Positions 49,164-63,400 of a DNA stretch of 64,000 nt are shown here, piece by piece. The DNA is taken from positions 762,691-826,690 of the forward strand of contig ML996689.1 in the NCBI GenBank assembly GCA_010356995.1, read 5' to 3'. A program made the position numbers and the translations under genes. Origin of the DNA: Trichodelitschia bisporula (taxonomy: Eukaryota). The notes beneath the pieces are model-generated. The model was not told the DNA's origin. It was given only the letters and a program-made list of their open reading frames with translations, and ran no database searches. Every line of letters starts with the position of its first letter. Positions within the stretch are counted from its first letter, which is position 1.

Positions 49164-51469
49164 CTGCAATCAAGCCGATCGGGTTCAATGTCAGCGAGCA
49201 ACGGCCAGCACAAGGCTAGTTAGTTAAGCAGACGGCTGCCCGCGTTACGAGCTCAAGGCCCTTGCAATAACTGTCCCAAGCCCTTGCTCAACGACGAAAC
49301 CCACCCACAGCGCCAACTACAATTGCAAAATTCCGAACAACGTGATGGAAGCTTCACAACCGACTCTGCCACGTCCCCTCCTCCAGCCTCTTCCATCCCC
49401 TCCCCCCACCATCTTCACCCGCAGCTTTCCACGCCTCTCCCCCTGGCCCAAGCGCTCTCGGGCTGAAGCTCAGGCCGACGCACTGCGCTGCACTGCGGAG
49501 AGAGTCGAGGTTAGTCCCGGGTCATGCCGGCCGGCGGAGCATGAGGGGAAAAGAGCCATCATTGCAATCGCCCAATATCAGGCTGCGCGATCGACCTTTG
49601 ACGGTCGTACCAGAGAGAGAGCGCAGAAGCAGACGGACCTAGAACGTTGAAATGTGCTACCCGTAAGGACGTAGCATCCCGAGCCCTGCTCTCCCTCTTC
49701 AATCCACTCGCACCTACCTCTCCAGTATTCTATAGCCTCACCATCCTCAAATCGCGTCGCAAGGCCCCAACCCGCAAAACCGTGCCTATATCGTACCCTC
49801 CCTTCCCGATACCAGCCCCCCAGCCGCAACCCCAGCACCCGCCTGGGATCCCCCCGCTCCTCCCACCGTCCAATTCGCTCCCCAATTTTCTCATTGGCCA
49901 GGACCACAAATTCACTCCTCCAATCGCGAGTCCCCCACACCCAAAACTCTCAAAGACCGCAACAAGGGCCTCCCGGACCCTCTGCCCCGCCCACGCTAAC
50001 CCCATCGTAGAAGCCCCCCCCCTCAAAAACCCTCCCCCCATCTCGCTCGTGCCAAAACACCAACCACATGTGCAACACGGCCTCTTGCACGATGACAGGT
50101 CCCACCTCCCCACACTCCGCAGTACCAGTGACGTTCGGCAGAGCACCGTTCGCCTCCATCAACAAAGCTAACAATATCTACATCCCTACGTATAAAAATC
50201 TATCTCGGGAAACAACATCGTGCAACACCATCCCATCGCCCGTAGCTGACATTAAACTAACCGTACCCAAAAACGCCCCCAACGGGCACCGCCACCCCAC
50301 GGCCCGCAAAGGAGATAAGCACGCCTTCGCTCCCTCCTCCGGCGGCGGCGGCGGGTGTCCGTCACACTGCGATCAGCAGTCCGTGTCGAAGACTGCGCAG
50401 CAACCTTACCCCTCAAAACAGAAGCCTCCATAATATCCCCTGTCCAACCTCCGATCCGCCGCACGAGATGCGCACTCGTCGGTCCAAAAACACCGAGATG
50501 CGCGCCATAGCTTCACTTCCCCCCCAAACCCCGGCCCGCCGCCCGCCTCACTGCCGTGTGCCAGATCCTTCCTACTAGAAAACCTAGACTAGCAACCAGC
50601 TCGTCTCCTGCGGCCTTTTGCCCTGCCCAGTCGGAGGCTTCGGGCGGCCCATGACCGGAAGTGCTAGCTTGCCAAAACGCTCGTCGACATCCCGTCTTGC
50701 CGCGAGGCCTGAGAGAGTCGCGATTCTAACGCAACGGTAGAGGAGGCGAGGTTGAAGGGCCTTGAGAAGTGAAGCACTATTCGCCTACCACTATAGTCCT
50801 CCCGTACACCAATGTACAGTATTGTACGGTATTGCGAAAAGTCTAGATGCTCCCGAAGATTATCCTACCGGAGAAACATACGCTCAGGCCTCTTTTCCCC
50901 CACGCGAAAATAGATCTCCATCAGCAAATGAACGCTCGCACGCTGGTGTTTGGACATTCGACAACGCTCATTGGGACGATGATGGAAGAACGCGATGACA
51001 GAAAGCGAGGTACCTACAGCCGTTCCCGTCTTCTCCACTTCATCCTCTCCAATCTCTATCCTGCGAAGTGATCCTGCCCACCCCTGCTCATCATGGCGGA
51101 CACGAAGCCTTCCCACGAGACAATCTCATGTACCCCAACCCCACGATGCACCACACACCAAGGTCGATCCCCCAATTGGCCCTTCAAAGAGTAGAAGCGG
51201 CACCATCCGTTTCCCTCCTCCTCATGCGACTCGCTCCCTCGCCGCCTCCGCATTGCCTCCACAGTTGCGCAGCTTCTTCAGGTCGGAACCGAAAAGTCTC
51301 GCCTAGCCCTTCCCCTCGGAACTATGATTAGTATTGTTGCAATGCCCCTCTGTCTTACACGCCATTCGACGGGTCTCGAGTTACAATAGCATCCACACTA
51401 AAGCCGCACCCTCGTGATCAGCGGCCACCGGACGAGTCCCCACCGTTGGGCCGCATCGCTGCCCAATGA

Positions 51470-52990
51470 TCAGCGCTTGATGATGGTTACTATTGAAGAT
51501 TCAATATTAGCCTTGCTGCTCTCCCGATTCGCTTTCCGCATCCCCCACGAGTGAACTTACTGATATCTTCATCCGCCAGCTCATGAGAGAGCCCGACACG
51601 CTGGGGCTGATGCTTCACAGACTTGCCATACACAATGGCATGTTTAAACTGCTCCACAATCGTTTTGTGTATCGCGTTACACTAGTACAGTAAGTGCGCC
51701 GTCCCATCCATCTTCTCGTTGGCAATTGGCCACTTACGAAGTCTTCCACAGTGCACGCCGTGGACCGTAGAACCACAGGAGCCGAGTAGTCCGGCATCTT
51801 GCCCTTGGGCTTCGTATAGACACGCACCAGATTCAGGCGTTCCCACATCTGCTCGAGCAGCTCATCGACGTTCCATCCATGCTCAGAGCTGATTGGACAG
51901 GCATGGGGGATGCGATATAGGAGGTCCAGCTCTTCGATGGTGATGGCGTCGATCTTGTTGAGAGCGTAAATGACCGGGATGTAGGCTCGAGCCTTTGCCT
52001 CCAGCACGTCGATAAGGTCGTCTATCGTGGCGTCGCAGCGGATGGCGATGTCGGCCGAAGAGATGCGGTACTCGTGCATGACGGCCTTGATTTCCTGCAA
52101 GGGTCAGCTCTGGCGCCCTCAGTGGAAGGCCTGGTGCTCACTTCATGGTCAATATGCGTCAGGGGTACGGTGCTGGTGATGTTGAGGCCTCCCTTGTCCT
52201 TTTTGCGGAACACAATGTTAGGCGGACTCTTGTTGATACGGATCCCAAACCCTTCCAACTCTTGCTCGATGACACGCTTGTCTGTCAGGGGCTTGTTGAC
52301 ATCCAGGACGATGAAGATCAGATGGCACGTCTTGGCCACGGCAATGACCTGTCGACCGCGACCCTTGCCGTCCTTTGCTCCTTGGATGATACCAGGCAGA
52401 TCAAGCATCTGAATCTTTGCGCCATTGTACATAACCTGACCGGGGACGGTGGTGAGGGTGGTAAACTCGTACGCCGCTGCTTCCGAGTGCTGACCCGTCA
52501 GTCGACTCATGAGAGTACTCTTGCCGACGGAAGGAAAACCGATGAAGCCAACGCTGGCAACACCCGTTCTTGCGACATCGAACCCAACTATACGAGCATA
52601 AGCCCTTCATGCCCTTGTGTGGTATAGTATCTTACGTACCGCCGGCACCGCCGCCGCCAGATGATGGTGTCAAAAGCTCGCGCTTGAGTTTGGCTAGCTT
52701 CGCTTTGAGTTGACCTAGGAAGTATGAGCCGCTGTCTCCTGTCTTCTGATCCGACATGTCGTATCACCGGAACGCACCTAGATGGAATGACGTGGCCTTG
52801 TTCTTTTGCGTGCGGGCCATCTGTCAACCGTTAGTCTGTCCTCTTGCTGCACGTGAGGGGCGCCGGCCGCATGGCAGTTGGTAACGTACTTCCGTCTCGA
52901 TTTCCTTGATCTGTACACCCACGGAGCTGTCAGTGATGAGCGGGGTGCGCACAAGGGACGGATACTCGCCTTGTCTACGGTGGTCGACAT
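51470..52990 (-). CDS. RBG1: DRG-family ribosome-binding GTPase Rbg1, multi-exon
   Basis: [55 protein letters not shown] domain ending DEDIITIIKR. The first intron has a GC donor. Confidence 0.96.
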
Positions 52991-54748
52991 TTTGGCTCAA
53001 ACGATAAAGACAGTGTCTAAGTGTATGAGAGTGTTGATGTGTGAGTGTTGGTGGTTGCGATGATGTCGTAGTGCTTGCCACAAAGAAGCGGGGTGGTTTT
53101 GGGGTTTTGGTGCGAAGTGGCGCAAAATTGCTGTGCTTGCAGAGAGACTTTCTCGAACACCCCTGTCCCCGCTGACCATACCCCACCCTTGAACCCGCTT
53201 GTGGCGATGGTTCCCTCCCAAAGCTTCTTGGGGTAACAGTAATCTTGAGTCGGAAGATTAATGGACGTGTGTCCTCTGTGTCCCGGCTCCCACCTTATCC
53301 CGCACTTGGTGTCACTTGCACTGCCGAGCAGGCTCGCCATAAGAGGCGAGAGCCGTTTTGGTAGTGCTTTACCGACCGTGTACTGTGGTAAGAGAATCAA
53401 GGAACAGGGAGGTCCCTCAAATCATGTGAGGGTCAGAACAATTCATTCCTCTTCGAACTGGAAGAGTCTATCCGGTAGCAGTTTCGCCTCAGACTGCGAC
53501 TGTTCATGTCCCAATGCCAAAGCTCGTTTCGCTTCCAACAAATGACGTCCCCCAGCTCGATGACATCTCGGAAGATCGTTCGTGCGGGCTTGAGGGCTGA
53601 CCCCCAACCCACAAGCAGCTCGCTAGGGAGGCAGAGCGGGGCAACCCCAATATCAGTTGCTCTTCCCAGACAGTCTCTTCTTCTAAAGGCTCAATGCTCA
53701 GTGCTCAACGCTCTCTCGGTGGAGGGGCGGTAAGAAGAGCTTCTGCCGCTCTGTACAGCGCACTCCGCATTCTTGTAGCATTTGTGCCACCTGTCAGCGA
53801 AATTTCCGATTCGTCAGACTCTCTCAAAAGCGCTCCAACACCTTCAGTTTGTGCCACGTCCCTTATCGGATGCAGGTATCCAGATGTCGGAAGCACCCCT
53901 CTCTCATGCAAGCTGCACTTTGGTCTACTGCTTCTCGGGCTGGCATTGGGACGGACGAAGAACAGGATGGTTGCAGTAGATTGAATCCTGAGTTGGCTTT
54001 CTTGGTCCTAGTTCTAGATTTAATTTCATCATATCAGTAAAAAAGAGATATAAGGCCCGGTGGAAGCCCCGGGAAGCAATACATCACGCGTAGCTAGGGG
54101 GAAGATGATCATGATAGCTCCTGAGTCAGGGAAACGGATTCTGAAGGATGGACATTGGGGGATGTACGGGTATGCGGGGCGCAAGGCGGGTGTATGCAGG
54201 GCGGCTCTCCTCGGCCAGTGGCGGGAAGCCGATGCGCCGCATCGACAGGGCGGTCAGACGCTACTTCAACAGAGCAAGCGTGGTGAAGCTTAATGTCTAT
54301 CGTACTGTAAAGTCGAACGAGATGAATCGTCCAGTGGTTCGATCTCTTACTTGGCCTGCGCCGCGTGCTCCACGGCTTCCATCGTGGACGAAGCGTTTAG
54401 GTAACAACTTCAATCGTCTTCGCTACTTTCGACGTGTCTTCCCGATGCACCTGCAGTGCTAGTATGTAGGCTTCCTTAAGTCAAAGTATCCACAACCCTT
54501 ACTCCGTATCTGTGCTGGCCTTGCATTACTTTCTGCAGATAACGGCTGCCGACTGCAATTGGCACTGAAGTAAGTGAAGCTCTGGACCTGCTTGTAATTC
54601 AGGGACGCACGTGCTAAGGCCCACTTCTCGCAGGACAAAGGCGCGCATTTGAGCATATTCTCCCTCAAAATCATTCCTCTGGGCTTTTTTTTTCTCGTAC
54701 AACTTCTTTCTTCAATATCCCATCCATTGACCAGGCAAAATCCCTACA

Positions 54749-55541
54749 ATGTCTGCGAAAGCTTCTGAACATGCCGCGCCGGCCGTGACTGATAACTTCC
54801 AACGCTTAGTGTCAGATCTGTCTCGCGTTCTTGGACCCTCATCCGGAATTGACTCGGAGGATGTGGATCCGGAGGACCTTGAGTCTTTGATGAGAGCGTA
54901 TGCCAGCAATGAGGAAGAGTGGAAGAGATATGCCCTCGAGGACCGGAGCCGCAACTACACTCGCAACCTCGTGGACAAGGGCAATGGCAAAAGCAACTTG
55001 GTAGGCAATAGCACAAGGCGCTGAATTGCCTTCCCACCCGTTAGATCCCGTCAATTGACTTCCCAGCTCATCTTGGTATGGAGTCCTGGCCGCGGCAGCC
55101 TCGTCCATGACCACAGCGGCGCCCATTGTGTGATGAAAGTCCTCAAGGGCAACCTCAAGGAGACCCTTTACGATTTCCCCGACCAGAAGCTGGTTCAGAA
55201 AGGCACCCCTTCACCACCTGTGGTGAAGAAGGAGACGATATTCGACGAAAACGAGGTCACCTACATCTCAGGTACTTCCCCAGACGTACGTGATCTAGGC
55301 CATGGCTCACGTCGTCTCAGACACAATCGGACTGCACCGGATATCAAACCCCGATCCGAACGAGGTTGCAGTGTCCCTTCACCGTATGTCGTCCCTCATC
55401 CCACGATGCAAAAGGTTGCGCTAAGTTTCAATAGTGTATACACCTCCCATTCCAACCTGTCACAGCTTTGACGAGCGTACTGGCAAGGCGAGCAGCGTGC
55501 AGCAATGTGTGTACTTCTCGTACTTGGGGAATAGATTGTAA
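54749..55541 (+). CDS. CDO1: Cysteine dioxygenase, 4 exons
   Basis: [48 protein letters not shown]; introns 55001-55066, 55272-55320, 55384-55434. Confidence 0.95.
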
Positions 55542-56164
55542 GCTGTGCGTGGGTGCATTGCGATGATTGGTGTTTGGAGTGCCGGGTTATCCTTTCTCAT
55601 TCAGGTCAAGAACTGGCGTTATGGGGATCACCACTGTACGTACCGCTGTATGCAGCATCGTAGACTGTAGTCAATTCATTTCAATTCGTGTGAGCGTTTA
55701 GGAACTACTTTCTTACAGTTCGCATGTCGTCACAGTAAGCCCCAGATCTCATGTCTTGTTTGATCGACCCGTTCTTGACCGGGCTTGGCACTCCGCCGTT
55801 GCTCATCACACCTGATTGTCTATGAGACGGTGAGTATTCAACTTGCGCGTCAGTACTTCCTCCTTCTCATCCTGACTTCTCTCCCCCTCCCAAGCATCTA
55901 CATTCTTGAGGCAACTCGACTTTGTGAGGAAAGTTGAGCTTTGCCGCCGTTGACTTGGTCTAGGCCACTAAGAATAGATGGCATCCTCAATACCAAGACC
56001 GGCCCACCCATCATTGCGCACCTCCGCAAAAGGGGAGGCCACGCCAACGCGGCAAGCAAGCAAACCTCCAGGTTCCCGGTTATTCACCAACATGCGTGCA
56101 ACTTTGCACACACTCCGAATTCATCAACTGAGATGAGCATACCTTATCAACACCCACAAATCCG

Positions 56165-59100
56165 ATGCGACCATCTTTCTCCGTGGTTGCGCAGCATGTC
56201 TCCCGCTCGGCGCCCACCCTCCTCCCCATAGGTCTCCTCGCCGTCTCCACATTTTCGGCCGCCGCGATACCGATACGCCACTCTCTCTTCGCGAACGCAG
56301 TCGCATGGTCGCTTGTATGGATATACTATGGTGTGAGGGTGGGGTTTTGGCAGACGGGCCCGAGCAGGAGGAGACGGCGATTGAGCTGGGTGGCTGGGGC
56401 GCTATTCGCGCTTGCACAAATATGTGAGCGGGCAGCGTGGGAGAAGGAGGGCTCATGGTGGGCTAAGGTGCGTCATGCGGGTTATAACCGGCGACTTTGT
56501 TGACGATGCATAGTCCCTACTTCCTATCGCCGTCTACGTTATCCTGCGGAGCTTCTTCGAACGCGACCAGTCATCAACACCGCCCATAGACTACCAACCT
56601 GGACACGTTGATGGGCTGCGTGCTAGAGGACTTGGGAGGCTTCTGCTTACCATCACGGTTGTCGCAGCCTTTGCGCTGAAAACTGCTGCCCTTACATCAC
56701 CGAATGCCGCGCTGGGCTTGTGTGGGGCGTTGCTCACATCTTGCGCTCTGGTGCTTCTGGACTACAACCTGGGCTTGGGTGCAGACGACAAGAAAGATTC
56801 AGCAAACCCGATGAGTCCCATTGGCGGCTTTGCGCATGGAGGACCTGGAGCTTCCGCCATGAATAATGAGATGGCTCGCCTTATACTGCGGGACGTGGCC
56901 GTTGTGGTAGCTGCATCGTGCGCCTTGGGATCCTTCCGCATGGAAAGTTTCCGCGGTGATTATTTGACATATCAGTACAGCTTTGGTGGTGTCTTCAACA
57001 CCTCGGGCAACACGTGGAAGGAACGACAACATAACTGGAACATGTGGGGGGATGTCTTGAGCGCGGTGGTCGAAATGATAAGAGCGGCATTACTGCTGTC
57101 CATGGTGAGTTTTTTTTCTTCCTTCGGCAGTTGTGCCAACATTCCGGCGCATCATTTTTCGTGATGGCACCGTCAACGCGATATCCAATGTTTGGGCACA
57201 GACATGCGCCATCATCCCCTTTATGGAGCGTCGCAAGCTTGGCTCTCATATTAAAAGGCGGCTTGCCGCAGCCACCGCGACCCGCGGTGTTCGCATATCT
57301 GCCCACGACATTTAATATGCCGTCTTAACATTCAACTGACTTGCTTTGCGACTCTAGACACGATATCGAGGTGCTCTTCAGGTTGCACTCATCTTAAGTG
57401 CGTCGGTCATTCTCGCACGCCTGACTGCAGGGTGCACGCTTTGGGAGGTGTGGTTCGCCATACTCTACAGTGTCGCAGGCCTGGTCGCCCTCGATGAATT
57501 GGAAGCGACGTCCATCCTCGCAACGTCCCGGAAGAGAATGAGGGCACGGCAAATCACCACCGCTGTTGCAATCGCATCTCTGGTGGCTCTGGGCTTATTC
57601 ACGCTTAGCAACTCGCGCTTTGCAAACCGGGGCGCCGACTTCGCCTTCCCATTCCCAGCGGAACCGCCGACGGAGACTCTGAGCCCGTTACGGGTTGGTA
57701 GCACACGTTCTCATCCCATCGACTTCTTGGTTCGGTCTGCGGAGAAAGAGTTCAGCGAAAAGCTGGACAAACAGTCGAAAAGCTTAGACGAAGCCGTTGC
57801 AGAGTACCGCCGCCGTTACCGCGTTCCGCCGCCGCCCCATTTTGATGTTTGGTATCAGTTTGCCAAGAACAAAGACGTCCAGCTCGTCGACGAGTTCGAT
57901 TCCATTTACCATTCGTTACTGCCTTTCTGGGGACTGGACCCATCCGTCATCCGGGCAAGAACCAAGGAAGCTCTTGGCGGCAACAATGTCCTCGTGGGCA
58001 TCAGCATCCGCGATGGCCAGACTGTCAGAGCAGAAGGTGGCCAGGAATGGTTTCAGAAAGCGCTTCTGGGAATGATGAAGAATTTTATGCACAATCTCCC
58101 GGACATGGATCTGGCCTTCAATACACACGACGAGCCGCGCGTTATAGTACCCCATGACCATCTCACTCAACTCCTTGAACTGGCGCAGAATAGACAGATG
58201 GTTGCCGCCGTATACCCTAATGGCCATCGCAATCAGTTTTCGTCACGCCCCAAGGACATGGGTGCCGGGACATCGATTCCCGAGGTGAAGACCACGCGCT
58301 TCAATCGTTTCGCCCACCAACCCGTCTGGACGCATTCGCGCATTTCGTGTCCTGCAAACTCGCCCGCCCGCAACTTTGAAGAAGTCTCCACCGACAACGT
58401 CACGTCATACGCCTATAGCGACCTGGGCTTCGTATACAACCAAACAGCATTCTCCGACATCTGCATGTCACCGTCCCTGCGGGAGACATATGGCTTCTTC
58501 GACCGGCCCAACGCCTTTGACGTCACGCACGACTTGTTCCCAATCTTCTCTCAAAGCAAAATTTCGTCATTCCAGGACATCCTATATCCGAGCCCCTGGT
58601 ACTGGGACGGTAAGGTGGCGTACGACGAGACGAAGGACATGGAGTGGGACGCCAAGGAGGCCAGATTGTACTGGCGCGGCTCGACGACCGGCGGTTTCAG
58701 CCGCGACGGCGGCTGGCGCCGGCAGCACCGGCAACGCGCCGTCCGCATCGTCAACGCCAACGATGAGGCGCAGATTCTGCGCAACCGCGGCCCCGCCGCC
58801 GACTCGGACACGCAGACCAACGAGCCAGATTGGCAACCCGACACTGTCAAGCGCGCAGACTACGCCTCAATCTTCGACGTCAAATTCTCCCACGTCGGGC
58901 AGTGCGACAAGCACGACTGCGACGCTCAGCGCGAGTACTTCGATGTCGCGGAGCGGGCGGACCAGCAGGATGCGTGGGGGTACAAGTACCTGCTCGACAT
59001 GGACGGCAACGCGTTCAGCGGGCGTTTTTACGCTTTCTTGAAGAGCAATAGTCTTGTGTATAAGATGAGCGTGTTTCGCGAGTGGCATGCGGACTGGCTG

Positions 59101-59396
59101 GCGCCGTGGGTGCATTACATACCGCTGTCCCTGAAGGGCGGGGATTGGCTGGAGGTGGTGAGGTATTTTGCGGGGGAGGAGGAGGGGAAGGTGCAGGGTC
59201 CGCGGCTGGCGTGGCAGGGGAGGGAGTGGGCAGGGAAGGCGCTACGGAATGAGGACTTTGAGGTTTGGTTTTTTAGGCTGTTGCTTGAGTGAGTACCCCC
59301 CCGAGCACACTAGTATAAGAACACGGGCTAACGAGGCGCAGATATGGCCGGTTGATTGACGACAATAGAGAGACAATCGGATACCCCGGGCCTTGA
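56165..59396 (+). CDS. GT90/CAP10-family glycosyltransferase (Cxt1-like) with multi-TM N-terminus, 4 exons
   Basis: HPIDFL, YRRRYRVPPPPHFDVWY, LPDMDLAFNTHDEPRV, LYWRGSTTGG, YKYLLDMDGNAFSGRFY, PWVHYIP, RLLLEYGR. Introns ~56468-56512, 57105-57357, 59289-59341. Confidence 0.92.
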
Positions 59397-60476
59397 TATT
59401 CGGCGTTGCATTTAACGTGTATTTATGGGGGCAGGGGGGCTACATCGGTCGGATGGTTGCTTAGGGCGCGGAAGTTCTCGAATCTTTGACGCATAGCTTG
59501 GGGCTGTCTTCTCGTTCGTTCGGCGCTGGTGTGCTGGGCTGGCAGTATCTATGGGTTGATAGTGAATGCTGTACATGAATGATTCTTCCCAAATCTTATG
59601 CTGTGACGGCGGTTGGAGCGGTAAACAGAACTGCTATCCGCGATGTCGTGCATCTGCGCCTTGCAGTATCTGAAAGGCGCCACTGCACCGCCCAATCCCC
59701 GTCCATTACCCAGCCTGAATCCCATCGGCTTCTCCACCGGTCCCCCGCTCTCGTATTTTCCATCCCAGCCATCTCAATGGAAGCAACGGCGACCGCACTT
59801 GGATCTTAAGAAGCAATGTCGGCATTCAGCCTAACACGCCACAGACGGCCGCAGCGCAGATCAGGTCCAGAATCATGAACTTCGCCGCCCGATCCTGGAA
59901 GCCCAATTGATTGTATCTTACCTACCGTACATCCGTACACCCCATCTACAGTACCATCCAGCATCTCCATACCCAGCTCCACGAGGTCCATATCCACCCC
60001 ACACACCGTGTGCTGCACGAGCACGGTCGCGCCTTCCATGCCCGATCCTTGGTCCCTTGCTCTCGATACTTAGCCCGACAGCTAACCAGCGCCCCCGGAT
60101 CGCGGCCCGGAAGCCGCTTGCCAAATCGGGCTTTCTCGTTGCTTTTTTTTTCTCGAGGAACGTGCCAGATAGGCAAGGGCGGGGCCGAGGGTGGCTGGAT
60201 GGGGAAGGGGCCAGTGGGCGGAAGGCGGGATGATGGGACTCGACGCATCGGGGAAGTACCTAGCACGGGCTCGGATATCACGGTATCACGACATACCAGT
60301 AACTCCGTACGCTGCAGGATCCGGCATGGGTATACCACGGCATCACAGCGGAATCAGGCATGGGCATGTAACTGGACAATAAAAAGAGTTATGTCGTGAT
60401 TCCTCCACTGGTATCGCTGGCAGATGAAATGGAAGGGTATCTCAATCTGCGAGAAGCGCGCCTATCGCGGCTTCAA

Positions 60477-63400
60477 CTACCCCTTCAGAACAACGTCCTT
60501 GCTGTCCTCGACCTTCGCCTCGAGAGCGTCACCGGCAGCATTGTTGACCACATCCTCCGCGGACTTGACCTTGTCAGCATCCGCTGCCTGAACCGTATCC
60601 TTCATCTCGACATCCGGCTTGACGTCCTTGGTAACGTCAGCAGACACATCGCGAGTAGTCGTAGCAGCCAGACCCGCACCACCCGCTGAAGTCTCCGTCT
60701 CAGTCGCCAGAACCTTCATCTCCACCACAGGATCACGCTCGTCCTTCGCACCGTCACCGCCGAGAGCGTTTGCAAAGACGTCGTCGAGGCTCTTGGGTAT
60801 ATGACTCTCGGACGTGACGATCTTAACGTTAACCGTCTGGAGTTCCTGTTGAATCTTTCCGACCTCGCAGACGCGCGTGAATTCGTTCCGGAAGTCCTCC
60901 AGCCGGACCCAGTAGAGCGGTTCCATAGCCAAGATCTGGTCCTGCGTACGTTTGTTCGCGGCGACGGCCGCAGCCCAGCTATACTCCTTTTCGAAGGGGT
61001 TTGGCATGTCCTGGCCCCAGGTGAGATAACTCACGTCGTACAGCTTGAGGAAGGCTTTGCGCTCAGTAAGGGTGGCAACCCGCTTCTCCCAGGCAGGGAA
61101 GCGGTTCAGCGTCAGATCGGGGAGATTTAGCAGGCCAACAACGAAGAATGAGAGGATCCACTTTTCCTTAGCGCGGGCCGGGTCGCACTTCGGGTCGATA
61201 TTCCAGAGTTCAACGGTGAAGAGGGGAAGGAAGTTGATCGCCAAGGAGATGTCGATGTTGTCGCGGTTGCGGGCGCCGTATTCGACAGAGCGAGCAAGGA
61301 TCGGAGGAAGGCCATCTAACAACTGCTTCAGTAACTGTTCCTCGCGCTCGCGTTTCTCGCGTTCTTCGCGCTCTTTTCTCTCACACTCTTGACGGATCTT
61401 CTCCAGCCGCTCCTGCTCAATACGCTCCTCCTCAACACGTTCCCGCTCCAGACGCTCGGCCTCAAGTCGCTGGGCCTCTTCTTCAGCTTTGCGACGCCGC
61501 TCCTCTTCTGCGGCCACACGTTCCTGTTCTTCGTGAGCTTTGCGCTTCTCCTCGGCCGCTTTGTGCTGCTCTTCCTCGCGAGCCTTGCGTTCTGCTTCTT
61601 CACGCTTGCGGCGCTCCTCCTCACGAATCTTGCGGGCGGCCGCCTTCCGTGTGGATTCGGCGGAGCGTGCGTCATCGGCCTTGCGATCCGCTTCGGCCGC
61701 CCTATCTCTCCTGACCTTCAGCTCCTGCAGAGGATTCGGATGATGGTCAGTTTTCCTCCGTTTTTTTGAAACGGAGTCCGACGTCTCGCGAGCCGGTTTG
61801 GACGCCTTGCCGGCGGATTCGCGAGACACCGGGCCGTCAGGAGAGGTTTTGAGAGGACTCGGGGGTTCGACACTGGCTCCAGCTACGGAGGAGGATTTCT
61901 TAACGCTGGACATGCGGCGGACCTTGGTTGGTGCCTGCCCTTCCTTCGAATTTACGGAAGAGCGTCTACGAGCTGACTTCTTTGGACGTACCATATCTTC
62001 TTCGCTGTCGGAAGACTCCAAGACCGGACGGTTCTTGCGGCGGCTCGGATCTACGTTGGATGATGAGTTCTTCGACGTCAAATTCTTGCGAGGCTTCGGT
62101 GACTGAGCACGATCGGACGGGCGTTCGGTCAACTTGTGCGCGGGAGCTGCAACTGCTTGCGAACCTTCTGACGAACGCTTGCGCTTTGTCTTCGGTTTGC
62201 GGTTTGTGTAGGCGTCGTAGTGCTTCCTGAGGAGCTCACGCTCGACTTGCCACTTCGGCCCACGGATCTGCTCAGAAAGCTCGAAGTAGGTCTTGCCATC
62301 ACGAGTCTTGCGTGTCGGGTTGAAGTTGTCCTGTTCCAGAAGAAGCTTGATGACCTTGATATGTCCACGGCCGATGGCGGCAAGGAGAGGCGTTTCTTCG
62401 TGTTGCATCGGGTCCGGGTCCTTTTCGAGGCTAGTGCCGGAAGCAAGCAAAAGGTTGAGAACATCGATATGTCCGCCACGCGCTGCAACAACTGCACACT
62501 CGTTGTTCGGCGGAATACTGGACAGGAAGTGAGCAACTGCAACGGTGTCCCCTTTACGCGAGTAGTTTACGAGATTCTCGATTGACGGCTCGAGGTATAA
62601 GAGGTCAGGCCGAGTCTTGTCCTCTGGAGAGACTGTCTGCGGATTATTCTCTGCAGGCTCGTCGTCGTCCTCGGTATCCACGTAATCGCGCATCGCCTTT
62701 TGGAGCATAGCCTCAATCTCTTCTGCACCAGGTTTCTCGAAGTCAATCGCATCTATGGCACGCTTGCCGTTCTTGTTTTGATGATGGGGGTTCACTCCAC
62801 TGTTGAGCAAGGCCTTGACTACCTCAACGTGGCGGTTCTCAACAGCATCGATGAGCGGGGTGTCACCCTCGTCCTTGGACTGACAGTCTTTCCGGCAGCC
62901 TTTGCTGAGCAAAAACTCAACAATGTTAAGGTAGCCTTCGAGCGCAGCTTTCTGCAGGGGCGTAAAGCCGCCGTTGTCGGCTTGATCGAGTTCCTCCGGC
63001 ACCTGCTCGTAAGCCTTCTGTACTGCAGCCATGTCACCCTTTTCGCAGGCTCTGGCTAGCGGAGTCGACCCATATCTGTCAGCGCGTCTTGAAGGCATGG
63101 TTGATCGTGCTGGTGAAGCTATTGAAGCGCGATGTGAAGAGCGGGTCGGTTGGAGGCTGAGGAGCTGTGGGTATCGGGGTGATGAGGATTCCGAGGACGA
63201 GTCCGTCGGCCAGCTTGGTCGTTGGTCGTTGGCAGAAATCGTAGGGGTTTCCCTTCTCTTTTTGTGACTTGCACTATTTGGTGGTGGGAGGAGGTTTGAT
63301 TGCGCGGATGCAGAGCGCTTATGCGAGCGAACTGCGGGGGTCACGGGCGAAGAAGGTGATCGAATACGCTCCTTGCCGTGAGCACTGGATGCGCTCTTGG

